The notes below the pieces were generated by a model. The model ran no database searches and had not been told where the DNA came from. It saw only the letters and a program-made list of their open reading frames with translations. A program made the position numbers and the translations under genes. A DNA stretch of 64,000 nucleotides from NCBI GenBank assembly GCA_963696385.1, contig CAVOKF010000006.1, forward strand, positions 32,001 through 96,000, given 5' to 3'. Each line of letters begins with the position of its first letter. The first letter of the stretch is position 1. Origin of the DNA: an uncultured delta proteobacterium (lineage in GTDB: Bacteria; Myxococcota_A; Polyangia; Polyangiales; Polyangiaceae). Positions 54,656 through 64,000 of the stretch are shown here, in pieces.

Positions 54656-55590
54656 GCTCGCCCCCGTCGCGCGCTCAGAGCGCGGGTGATGGTCTTGCGC
54701 GCTTGCCGCTCCGGCAGTCCCGCGCGCACCGCCGCACGCAAGAGCGCTCCTGCAAGGTCGGCACTGCTGATCGGCAGTCTCGCAAGCGAGTCACAGGCTC
54801 GGTAGAGAGCGACATGCCGCGTCTCCTTGGACGCACAGGCGACGCGGTCGCAGTGGCGTTCGAGAGCCACGTTCATGTCCCGGTCGCCGGACGGTGGGGC
54901 CCCGCGGGGAGCCGGTGGGTTCATTCGTCTCGCACCGGCTATCGCCAGAATTCGATCGACATCGAGCGGCGAGCCCTCTCCAACCAGCACAACGTGCGTT
55001 GCGCCGGGCGGAAGGGTCGGCACCGACCAAAGGCGGCAGGGATCCTTGGTGGCGGCGTCGACCTTCGTGTCGTGTGCGACCACACGCGCGCACCGGTTCC
55101 AAACCAGTCCGTGCTCCTCGGGCGTCATCGCCCGCGAGACGACCAGGACCGCTCGCCAGCAAGGCGCGTCCGGGCGGCTCGACGCCGTCGAATAGACGAT
55201 GTGGCGATACCGTCGCAATCGCTCGTGCGCGCTCTCGGGGGTCATCGTGCCCGCGTCATGTTCCAGAGCGAGTGCCGAGACGCTCTCCACGTGATCGCTG
55301 GATCGAATCCCGTCTCGCAACGACGCCAAGACGAATGCGCCGGCGCTTGCCGGATCGGCGGTGACGATCGGATGCTCCACCCACCGCACGAGCTCGCGAA
55401 ACGTCACCTCGAGTCGGATGCCGCGCGGGGGACGGAGCGCGAGCCGTTCAGGGCCGAGCAACGTCATTGCGATCGCGGGCTCGCTCGCGCACGTGCACCC
55501 CTGCAGCGAGTGCTCGGGCAACGTCTCGCTGCCTTCGAGAGCCGCGCGCTCGGCGGCGTCGAACGCGCGGCAAGCCGGGCAGCGGCTCAT
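54652..55590 (-). CDS. Putative AEP-type primase with PriCT-like tail
   Basis: ALALEHD.G, YSTAS, WRAVL..SR, DAATKDP.RL, AVRAGLPERQARKTI. Confidence 0.7.
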   Translation of the reverse strand: MSRCPACRAFDAAERAALEGSETLPEHSLQGCTCASEPAIAMTLLGPERLALRPPRGIRLEVTFRELVRWVEHPIVTADPASAGAFVLASLRDGIRSSDHVESVSALALEHDAGTMTPESAHERLRRYRHIVYSTASSRPDAPCWRAVLVVSRAMTPEEHGLVWNRCARVVAHDTKVDAATKDPCRLWSVPTLPPGATHVVLVGEGSPLDVDRILAIAGARRMNPPAPRGAPPSGDRDMNVALERHCDRVACASKETRHVALYRACDSLARLPISSADLAGALLRAAVRAGLPERQARKTITRALSARRGRA

Positions 55591-56054
55591 CGACCCCCTC
55601 CCTTCGGTTGGTCCACGGCGCGCGACGTGCCCTCACCCGGCACGCGCAGCCCCAGGTCGCGCGCGACGTGGGCCGGAGACCACTCCGCCTCCTGGCGCGT
55701 CAGGCGCGCGCCGCTCGCGGGAGGTGCCTGCAAGTTCGAGCCTTGAGCGGCGAGCCACCTGTCGTAAGCCTCTCGCGGAACCGTCACCCAACGTCCGAGC
55801 CGCACCGCACCCGGAATCTGGGGCGCGAGCTGCCGCCACGCTCTCGGCCGCCGCGCATACTCGCGCGGCCGGGGACCGTCGCGGTGGGTCGAAAAGGCCG
55901 CCGGCTCGGCCGCCAATCCCGCCGAAAGGCGCGCGAGCACGATCTCCGCCGCGCGCTCGGCGACTTGCTCGAGATCGAGGGACGCCCGGCGCGACTCCGC
56001 GATCGCCGCCGAGTGAGCGCGCGCCGGCCGACGCCGCATCTGCTGCCGCGTCAT
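55587..56054 (-). CDS. Hypothetical protein (possible DNA binder) in the replication operon
   Basis: ATGA overlap with the primase; GAVRLGRWVTVPREAYDRWL. Confidence 0.5.
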   Translation of the reverse strand: MTRQQMRRRPARAHSAAIAESRRASLDLEQVAERAAEIVLARLSAGLAAEPAAFSTHRDGPRPREYARRPRAWRQLAPQIPGAVRLGRWVTVPREAYDRWLAAQGSNLQAPPASGARLTRQEAEWSPAHVARDLGLRVPGEGTSRAVDQPKGGGR

Positions 56055-57358
56055 GGCCCGCGCCCCGTGGACGGTACCTGGGGAGCGTCGGCTTCATCGG
56101 AGATCCGTCGACGGTTTGGACGCCCAGTTCCCCTTGTACCCGCCATCGGAAAGTCTCCAACTCCGAGCGGCCGTCGCACCCGCAACAGGGCTGGCGCAGA
56201 CGTCCGCTTCGCGATCGCGTGGGCGCCGCAGCTCAAAGGCCTCGCGCTGCGTGTCGCGGGCGTCTCCTCCAATGTCGCGAGGACTCGCGACTCGAAGGCA
56301 GGACCTGCGGAGGGACCAGTGCAATGATTCCGAGCGCTTTTCACGGGTGGACTCCGAATACTGAGATGGCGCGGTCGCACGCGGATGCTTGGCGGTAACA
56401 GCGGAATGCCCAACGGCGCTGGGCGCCGATGCGGGGCTGCGAACAAGGCGTTTCGTGCTACGGTCTAGGCAACCGGCGGGCCAGACCCTCAACCGCGGCT
56501 AAGTATTTGAAATGTGGCCTTTCGGAATCGAGTTTCGGCCCCAAATTCGGTCAATGATTGACCACTACCGGGAAGCCATTGACCAGTTTTCTTCGGCGCG
56601 TTGCTCGCATTCTCTGCCGGAGGCTGGAAGAAACGGTGTCTATCCAAGCGGACCCCCGACAAGGGCGCTGCGACGTCTTATCGCGCTAGCGATTCGAATT
56701 TTTGCAGCCGGTCTGTTCAGACCGTCGGTGAAGAGCCCGACGCGTGTGCGCTCGGCAATGCCCCAATCCGATTGGTTCACGCGAATGGGTACGTGGGTCA
56801 TGCGCCCCCTAACGCAACTCGCAGACCTGACGAGTCCGGAGGCCGTCATAGGTGTAAGTGCTGGGAATGACGGGCACTGTGGAATCGTTCAACGTGGGGG
56901 TGGTCAATCATGATTGACCCCGGGGGGTCGATATCCATTGACCCCCCAAAGGCGTTGAGGGGCACGGCTGGATTGGGGGTCAAGGGTCGGCAGCGTTGGG
57001 TCATGGACCCCGCTATCGCAACGGGCGCGCCAGCCTCCGATGGGAGGCGCGCGCTTGCGAACCGCTTGAAATGATGATGTTTTTAGCTCGTGTCTTCCGA
57101 GTGAACCCTGGGGAATGATTCACCAGGTGGTCAGCAATTCCTCACCACCCCCACTCACGACGCGTCCCTCCCGGATGGCCCGGACACCGGCGTCGCAATT
57201 GGTAGGTCGTGGCATCACCGGCACTGTCGAAAACGAGTCAAGCCAGGTACACGAGAGAACGCACGATGACCGCGAGCACGGAACGGGAACCCATGCATCC
57301 GCCGGGCGAGGGCCTCGACGTCGGCTTGTGGATCGCCCCGGGCCTCCTGGCGTTAACG

Positions 57359-58971
57359 GGGTGTGGACGCCATCCTGAGCGCGGAGAACGTCATGCCGCG
57401 ACGCGAATGACGACGCGGGGAGACTTGAGCGCGCGATCCATGGCAGCGTCCCAGCGATCACTGAGGGCCAGTGCTCGCAGATGGACGATGTGTTCTCCGG
57501 TTCGGCTTTTCCAGCGCGACCCCGACCGCTTCATACGGACGTTGAACAAGGTCTTGCCTGTCGCCTCGACGTTGCCACTGCCAATGGGCAGCTTCTGTCG
57601 GCGCGCGTCCGCATAGTCCATTCGCTCGGCGTTGTTCGTGAAGTAGGTGATGGCTTCGTGGACCGGCTTGTCGTGGCCGACAAGCACGTCTTCTTTCCCG
57701 GATTCGTGGAGCTGTTCGAGGATGGCCAGGCGCGCGCTACTGGTGTTGCAAAGCCGCATCTTCCAGCTGGCGAGCAGCGGCTTCACTTCCGTTTCTGCAG
57801 CGATGACTCTCGCTGCCGCTCCGAGCTTTTCGATGACGTGCCAAAAGTCGATGAGCAGCGCCACGACCTTGCCCGCGGCGCCAAACGGCTCCTTGGTAAA
57901 TTCCGCATCGAGCAGGTTCCACATTTCAGGGGCGCCGTCGCACAGAAGCATCACCTTGAGATCGGGGCGCTTGGCCAAGAGTTCCACCACGTCACCGGCC
58001 ATGCCCTCGCACAATCCCGCGGGGTCACCGGCCGCCATCGTCCCGTAGCGGATCGTGTAGAGGGACTCCCCATGCTCGTCGTGGAGCGTGACCGTCCCGC
58101 AATACGCCATCCGGTAGACCCGCTCAATCGGGCGTTTGGGGGCCCCTTGGGCAGGTCGGCCAGGCGGACGACTCCGTGGCTCCTCCATGGGTACCGAGAC
58201 ACGGTCAAGCGACACGCTCACACTTTTGGCTCCCTCCGGAACTTCGAAAACCTCGATCAACGCCTGCTCGATCTGTCGGTGCTGACCGACGTATCTCTCC
58301 CCAACGCTGTGAGCGACGTGCTCAAAGCTCGCGTGGCTGTACGGCAGGCGGCCGAGGCGCTTGCCGCTCGCTTCCGCCTCCCGCGAGGTTCGCTGCTGCA
58401 CTTCAAACGCCATTTCCCGCGCCGTGGCAGGCAGCCAGACGCCATCGACCGCACCCGCCCGCAGCGCCACCGGGTCGACGACTGGGCCATTGCGTTGCCC
58501 CGAAGGCCGATACAGCGACCGCTTCACGGCCACCGCGCCCGCCAGCGACATAAAACGGGTCTCCGTCTCGGCGAGAACGCGGTGGTGCAGCACCTTGTTG
58601 ATCATCACCCGGGGGGCGCTCACCGCCAAAGCCGACAAGGCGATCTGGTGCCCCACCTTCTCCACCTCGCCGCTCTTCTCCGCTATCCGACGTTCAAACG
58701 CGGCATAGTCCACCGCTCCACCGGTCCGAGCACGGTCGACCTCTGTTTTGACCACGTCAACCAACGCCTGCACTGCAGAAACCAGCCCGCTCAACTCTTC
58801 GGGAATCTCCAACACGATGTTCGCCATGGGTCGCCCACCTGAATCGGGCCGCGAAAGCGCGACCGGATGATCAGTAGATCCATCGGCTCGGCACATGCAC
58901 CCGTGTTCAGACATGCTCCGTGTCGATTGCCGTAAGGAAATACGATTCCGCTCAGGATCAAATCCACACCC
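57359..58971 (-). mobile_element. ISKra4-family IS with TIRs and 8-bp target duplication
   Basis: TIRs GGGTGTGGA....ATCCTGAGCG at both ends; CGTTAACG at 57351-57358 and 58972-58979. Confidence 0.92.
57391..58827 (-). CDS. ISKra4-family transposase
   Basis: VSLDRV, CDGA..W, IDFWH..EKL, LPIGSGNVEA, RMKRSGSRW. Confidence 0.9.
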   Translation of the reverse strand: MANIVLEIPEELSGLVSAVQALVDVVKTEVDRARTGGAVDYAAFERRIAEKSGEVEKVGHQIALSALAVSAPRVMINKVLHHRVLAETETRFMSLAGAVAVKRSLYRPSGQRNGPVVDPVALRAGAVDGVWLPATAREMAFEVQQRTSREAEASGKRLGRLPYSHASFEHVAHSVGERYVGQHRQIEQALIEVFEVPEGAKSVSVSLDRVSVPMEEPRSRPPGRPAQGAPKRPIERVYRMAYCGTVTLHDEHGESLYTIRYGTMAAGDPAGLCEGMAGDVVELLAKRPDLKVMLLCDGAPEMWNLLDAEFTKEPFGAAGKVVALLIDFWHVIEKLGAAARVIAAETEVKPLLASWKMRLCNTSSARLAILEQLHESGKEDVLVGHDKPVHEAITYFTNNAERMDYADARRQKLPIGSGNVEATGKTLFNVRMKRSGSRWKSRTGEHIVHLRALALSDRWDAAMDRALKSPRVVIRVAA

Positions 58972-58979
58972 CGTTAACG

Positions 58980-59303
58980 TTCGTCAGCGGCGGGCTCCGG
59001 AAGGTGGCCACGCCGGTCCCCGAGCTCGCCTCGAAGATGCCGGGCCCGTCGAGCAACAAGGACTGGCCGATCGGCGCTATCCGCAGATTTCTCTCGGTGC
59101 CCCTCCGTGTTCACAAGTTGGGTGCCACCGTCGGGAGCCAGCCCGGGCAGCCCGTTTTCACGGTTCGTGTACGCGCCTCAGCAAAGGCCTCGATCCGTAA
59201 GCGCTTGAGCGAGCTATTCGGCTACTCGCATTCGGTCCTGTTTCCAGACTACCCTGGATTCGCCACGTTCGGCGCGGGCCACGCACTGAGGAGCGTCAAG
59301 TGA
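58980..59303 (+). pseudogene. 3' part of the gene interrupted by the ISKra4 element (FRG-domain-like tail)
   Basis: K..IRKRL..FGYSHSVLFPDYPG; GTGA overlap with the next gene. Confidence 0.4.
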
Positions 59304-60020
59304 CAGAGCGTGGCGCAACGGGCGTGCCCGTCTACCAGGAGTACATGAACCCGATTCTGGACGTGCTGCGTCGAGAGGGACGACCTCTCACGATCGAGCA
59401 GCTCGATAGCCACGTCATTGCGGAAATGAAGTTGGCTCCCGACGTCGCGGCAATTCCTCATGACGCCGAGAAGCCCGATCGAAGCGAAGTAAGTTATCGA
59501 ATCGCGTGGTCCCGGACGTACCTGAAGAAGGCCGGTCTCCTCGACAATCCGACGCGCGGCCAATGGGGCGCTTCGGAGAAGGGCCGTAGCGCCGGAGCGA
59601 TCGACGCGTACGAGTTGGCCTCGGAGATCGCGCAGGCGTCGAAGGCGGCATCTGTCGCAAGGGCAGCCGCCGGTGAGTCGTCGGAGAGCGACGGCGAAGG
59701 GGAAGAGGACGAGGAGCTCCTCGCGGCGCGGGTAGGCGACGAGCTCGCGCGCCAGATCCGGTCCGCCCACGAGCAGCTCGCCGCGGACGGTCAGCTCCTC
59801 TCGGCCGACCAGGCGACACGCTGTTACGGACGCTTCCGCGATCTCTTTGGCCCCGACGTGCTCGGCGGCCTCGACGGCGAGGCGCTGCTCACGAAGATGC
59901 ATGGGCGCGGCACAAAGGACAGCCTGGTCTATTGGTTAGAGTTCAAAGACGACGACGAGTTCCCTGCACGTTTCGGGAGCATCGGCGGCGGCAGCGCGCT
60001 CAAGTTCGGGATCTATCACG
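59300..60020 (+). pseudogene. Mrr_N domain protein, probably the N-terminus of an McrB-like restriction GTPase, truncated by an rve element
   Basis: VP.Y..YM.PIL, YRIAWSRTYLKKAGLL...RGQW; SLVYWLEFK.DDEF..FGSI.GGSALKFG. Confidence 0.7.
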
Positions 60021-60024
60021 CGTG

Positions 60025-61156
60025 GCTACTTCGGCGATCGGCTGGGATTCCCAGGGCTCGGCTATCTCTAGCGGAGCATGTTTGCCGTCATGACCATGCT
60101 CGCCGCCGCCGTCGTCGACTTGCTTCGGTCGCGACGGTCTTTGCTCGCTGAGGTCGCCTTGCTGCGCCACCAAGTCGCCATTCTGCAGCGGTCGGTCGCC
60201 AGGCCGAGGGTGACCCGACTCGACCGGATCGTGTTGGTCGCGCTCGCGGCCTTGACGCCGACGTGGAGGAATGCGCTGCGCATCGTCCAGCCCGAGACGC
60301 TTCTTCGCTGGCATCGCGCCGGCTTCAGGGCCCTGTGGCGCTGGCGGAGCCGACCGCGCTCCGCAAAGCGCCTCCCCGCCGAGACCGGCGCGTTGATTCG
60401 CTCGATGGCGTCCAACAACTCGACGTGGGGGGCGGAAAGAATTTGCGGAGAATTGCTCAAGCTCGGGATCAAAGTCAGCAAACGCACGATCCAGAGGTAC
60501 ATACGCGCAGCCCGGCCGGGCAGACCGCATGGGCAGCGCTGGTCCACGTTCTTGCGAAACCATGCCCGCGAAGTCTGGGCGTGCGACTTTCCGCAAGCCT
60601 ACGACGTGTTCTTCCGCGCGATCTTTGTGTTCGTGTTCATCGAACTGGCCTCGCGCAGAATCGTGTTCGCGGCGACGACCCGTGCGCCGTCCCAGGCGTG
60701 GGTCACGCAGCAGCTCCGCAATGCAACGCCGTTTGGCGAGGCCCCGAAGTTTTTGATTCGCGATCGAGACGACAAGTTCGGGCCCAACTTCGACGCCGTC
60801 GCTCGCGCGAGCGGCATCCGCGTCCTGCGCACGGCCATGCGCGCGCCGAACATGAACGCCATCTGCGAGCGTTTTCTCGGGTCGCTGCGTCGCGAGTGTC
60901 TCGACCACGTTATTGTGCTGGACGACGTCCACCTGCACGCGTCGTCACGGAGTACGTCCGCTACTACAACGCCGCTCGGCCGCACCAAGGGCTCCGCCAG
61001 CGGATCCCGGTGCCCCCGAACGGCTCCGCGGCCGCCGCTCGCACTACAGTGGAAGGAAAAGTCGTCGAACTCCCGGTGCTCGACGGCCTGCACCACGACT
61101 ATCGCCGGGCCGCCTGATCTCCGCGATCGTCCGTTGGATCCGTCAAGTAGCCAGCA
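60025..61156 (+). mobile_element. rve-integrase (IS481/IS3-like) element; transposase 60078-61117 with a frameshift near 60935
   Basis: Ends TGGCTACTT..AAGTAGCCA; WACDF, IRDRDDKF, CERF..RRECLD, then YYN.ARPHQG..GLHHDYRRAA in another frame. Confidence 0.85.
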
Positions 61157-61975
61157 CGACCGCTTACGATCCGGTGGGACAGGCCAAGGCGAGCGCAAAG
61201 GGCACTCGCAGAGAGGCTCGTTCGAAAAACGCGAATGCGGAGGCGCTCGAACGCTCCGCCAAGAAACTCCAACGGCGGGCTCCTCGCCGCAACAAGATTT
61301 CGGAGGACGTCGCCGTGACATCAATCGTCACGGCCGTCTCCGATGCGCCTTGAGCGCGTAGCCTAAGAGCACCCCATCTGGAGGAACGTTGAACGCGACA
61401 AATTGGTAGAAGCTCTTGCGATCTCCGCTCCGGTGGAGACGTGACTGTACTTCGTGCGAAGAATTGCGTCTCGTTCCACCGCTTCGAATCCAAATCTACG
61501 TCTCGGGCCTTGGACGCGAACTTCGCTGCCCGATGAACGTGAAGAGTCAATCGAGAGGTAGCTCGCCAAGCCGCGCGTTCGGAGCGCTCCCCTTACTGTC
61601 ACCGTGCTCCGGCGCCCTCAAGCGCCGAGAAGGGAAACGTCCATTGCATTCTAAGAACCCAGCTCACTCCGAAACGAAAAATAGAAAACTCTCTGCGCGA
61701 AAACCCTTGCCCACGCCACCGGTTCAGAGTCCGATTTGGACTGCATCGGAGCTCGGTCGCGCGGGTGTCTCGCTCGCCGATCTGGTCGTGACCCTGAAGG
61801 AGCTCGACGAGCTCGGCGTCGCTGCCGCGCATTCGTGACCATGCGCCGATTACGGTACTGCCGAACGAAGCGAAGACGAATCACGGCCTGACTGTGACGC
61901 CCGGACGCCCGGGGGGCGCCATCCTGCATTGAGCACGTGACGACTGTGGCGGAATTGCCAGAAGGACGCCCTTTT

Positions 61976-61998
61976 GATTCCGCGGAATCGAGGTACTA
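61976..61998 (-). repeat. Solo end of the IS630-type MITE
   Basis: ATTCCGCGGAATCGAGGTACTA. Confidence 0.7.
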
Positions 61999-62137
61999 CG
62001 CTTCGTTCGGCGCTTTTGCCGCGGCGGCGACACGGAGACGACCGAATGGACTCGCTTTCCACGGATGATGGGGCATCGACGCAGCGCGCCCACGAGGAGG
62101 CGCTTATTTCCGCTCATGGCTGCTCGGGTCCGACCCC

Positions 62138-63079
62138 GTGTTGATCGCGTCTCTCACCGCGGCTCAACCGGCTGCTCGACCGCTCGACGTCGGGTGGATC
62201 GGGCCCGAAGATTGCGAACGACGGGATGCCTTTGTGAGCGAGATCGGTCAAGTCCTGGGCGGCTCCCAGCCGCACGAGCCCTTGACCGCTCGCGTCGAAG
62301 TCACTCGTGAAGCGACGGGACGATGGCACGTCGTCTTGGTGGTCGACCGAGACAACATCCAGAGCCAGCGCGCATTCGAGACCGCCAGTTGCGACGCCGC
62401 CGTGTCGGCCGCTGCGCTCATCACGGCGATTGCATCCGACGAAGGCGTGCTGCCGCAGTCGCCCCCTGTTCTCGTCATTCCCCGACGGCTTGCGAACGAA
62501 GCACCGTCGCCGGCTTGGCCGCGCGTCTTGAACGGGCTCCAGGTCGACATCGCCGTGGCGGGCGCCGGCGAGTACGGATTGTCGCCCGCCTTTGCACCCG
62601 GCGCGGAAGTCTCGATAGGAGGATCGCTGCCGCGGTTGGGCGGTGTTGTCCACTTGCGCGCGCTGGTGACGGGCGCTTACTTCGCCCCGCAGACCGACGC
62701 TTTGCCCGGGCACGTCGAAAGCGCCGAGTTCCAGCTCGTCGCCATCTCCGGACGGGCGTGCACCTCTTTCGGGACCGGGCGGTTCGACGTCGGGCCATGC
62801 GTCGGCGGTGAACTCGACCGAATGTCGGGAACGGGAGTAGGAAGCCCGACCGTCTTTACGCCCGGTAAGGGCGGCGCGACCTGGGGCACCCTCGTGGGCT
62901 CCCTGCTCGCGTCCGTGCGCCTGACGGGGGATGTCGGCCTCTTCGCTCGTTTCGACGCAAACGTCTCGACGGCGCCTCCCCGCTTTGATGTACAGACCCC
63001 GAGCGGGCGACAACTCGCGGAGCGGCCCTCGCCGGTTGCGGCCCGTGCTGCTGCCGGTGTCGAGTTGCTTTTTTTTTGA
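62138..63079 (+). CDS. Hypothetical exported protein of a myxobacterial ECF operon
   Basis: W.GPEDC, R....SC..A..AAALI, beta-rich C-terminus ending in F. Confidence 0.65.
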   Translation: MLIASLTAAQPAARPLDVGWIGPEDCERRDAFVSEIGQVLGGSQPHEPLTARVEVTREATGRWHVVLVVDRDNIQSQRAFETASCDAAVSAAALITAIASDEGVLPQSPPVLVIPRRLANEAPSPAWPRVLNGLQVDIAVAGAGEYGLSPAFAPGAEVSIGGSLPRLGGVVHLRALVTGAYFAPQTDALPGHVESAEFQLVAISGRACTSFGTGRFDVGPCVGGELDRMSGTGVGSPTVFTPGKGGATWGTLVGSLLASVRLTGDVGLFARFDANVSTAPPRFDVQTPSGRQLAERPSPVAARAAAGVELLFF

Positions 63080-63116
63080 CGGAAGCGCCACCCAACGCGC
63101 ACCAGCATGACCGAGG

Positions 63117-63719
63117 ATGACCGCACTCCGTCCAGCGCTCGATGCCGCAGCCGCTTCGCTCGGAGCGCGCCAAGATGTCGCCGACCCTCTCGCGTTCGCA
63201 AACGTCTACGAGGAGCAGTTCGCGTTCGTATGGCGAAGCGCCTGCCGGCTCGGCGTCGACCCATCTCATCGGGATGACGTCGTTCAGGAGACGTTCGTCG
63301 TCTTTCACCGCCGCCTGTCGGAGTTCGAGGGCCGGTCGTCCGTCAAGACGTGGCTTTTCGGGATTCTCGTCAACGTCGTTCGAGCCCACCGGCGAACCTT
63401 CCGCAAGGGACACGAACGTCGGCCCCCGGCTGCAGCCGGTCCCGATCTCGAGACTGTCGTGGACACGTCCGCCAGCCCGCATGAATGCGCCGCTCGTGCC
63501 GAAGCTGCGCGTCTGGTCATGCAGCTTCTCGCCGCTCTCGACGACGACAAGCGAGCGGTGTTCGTGCTCGCCGAGCTCGAGCAGATGAGTGCGCCCGACA
63601 TCGCGCTCGCCCTCGGAGTGCCATTCAATACGGTGTATTCGCGCCTGCGTTTGGCCCGACGGGAATTTGCCGCGGCCGCTGCGCGCCACCGTGCGCGCGA
63701 CGAATGGAGAACCGGATGA
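63117..63719 (+). CDS. ECF RNA polymerase sigma factor
   Basis: DDVVQETF, FEGRSS.KTWLFGI, RAVFVL.ELE, TVYSRLRLAR. Confidence 0.93.
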   Translation: MTALRPALDAAAASLGARQDVADPLAFANVYEEQFAFVWRSACRLGVDPSHRDDVVQETFVVFHRRLSEFEGRSSVKTWLFGILVNVVRAHRRTFRKGHERRPPAAAGPDLETVVDTSASPHECAARAEAARLVMQLLAALDDDKRAVFVLAELEQMSAPDIALALGVPFNTVYSRLRLARREFAAAAARHRARDEWRTG

Positions 63720-64000
63720 CCGATCTGCATCCCGAGGACATCGCACTGTTGGACCTGGCGCGCGCCGGGCATGAGCCCAGCGAAGCCGATCGGGCACGGG
63801 TGCGCAAGGCGCTCGCCGCCAGCCTCGGCGCGGGCGCGGGATTGAGCGTTATGGCCGCGGCCGGCGCCGCGGGCGGGGGCGCTCCCGCGACGGCGGCATC
63901 GAGCCTTCTCGGTATGGGGAAGGTCTTGGCCGCCGCGGCGATCCTCGTGGGCACCTTGGGCGGGGGAGTCTTGATATACCACGAGGTGCGCAGGCCTCAG
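63716..64000 (+). CDS. Putative membrane anti-sigma factor (partial, runs off the window)
   Basis: ATGA overlap with the sigma gene; EP..DRARVR..L followed by Ala/Gly-rich and TM segments. Confidence 0.6.
   Translation, partial: MTDLHPEDIALLDLARAGHEPSEADRARVRKALAASLGAGAGLSVMAAAGAAGGGAPATAASSLLGMGKVLAAAAILVGTLGGGVLIYHEVRRPQ

Overview
A GC-rich window, probably from a Myxococcota (Polyangiaceae-like) genome. This is inferred from a MYXO-CTERM-like tail, Cys-rich lipoproteins and an ECF sigma/anti-sigma pair. Most of it is accessory DNA full of mobile elements and decayed genes: IS630 and matching ~100-bp MITEs, a group II intron cut at its YADD motif, IS1634, IS66/DUF4338, ISKra4 with visible TIRs and TSD, three rve-integrase elements, a relaxase remnant next to a 46-bp tandem array, and a tyrosine integrase with a tRNA/tmRNA-derived att-like site, toxin-antitoxin pairs and a primase-helicase module. 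The most notable locus is an ~11.6-kb fluoride-response island (28.3-40.0 kb) with four fluoride (crcB-motif) riboswitches. They lead (i) a HEAT-repeat, prenyltransferase-fold and ilvD operon, (ii) a decayed cation:H+ antiporter and USP, (iii) crcB, DUF190, an atypical pyrophosphatase and a dynamin-like GTPase, and (iv) enolase and an MFS transporter. All calls come from reading motifs by eye; no database searches were run.
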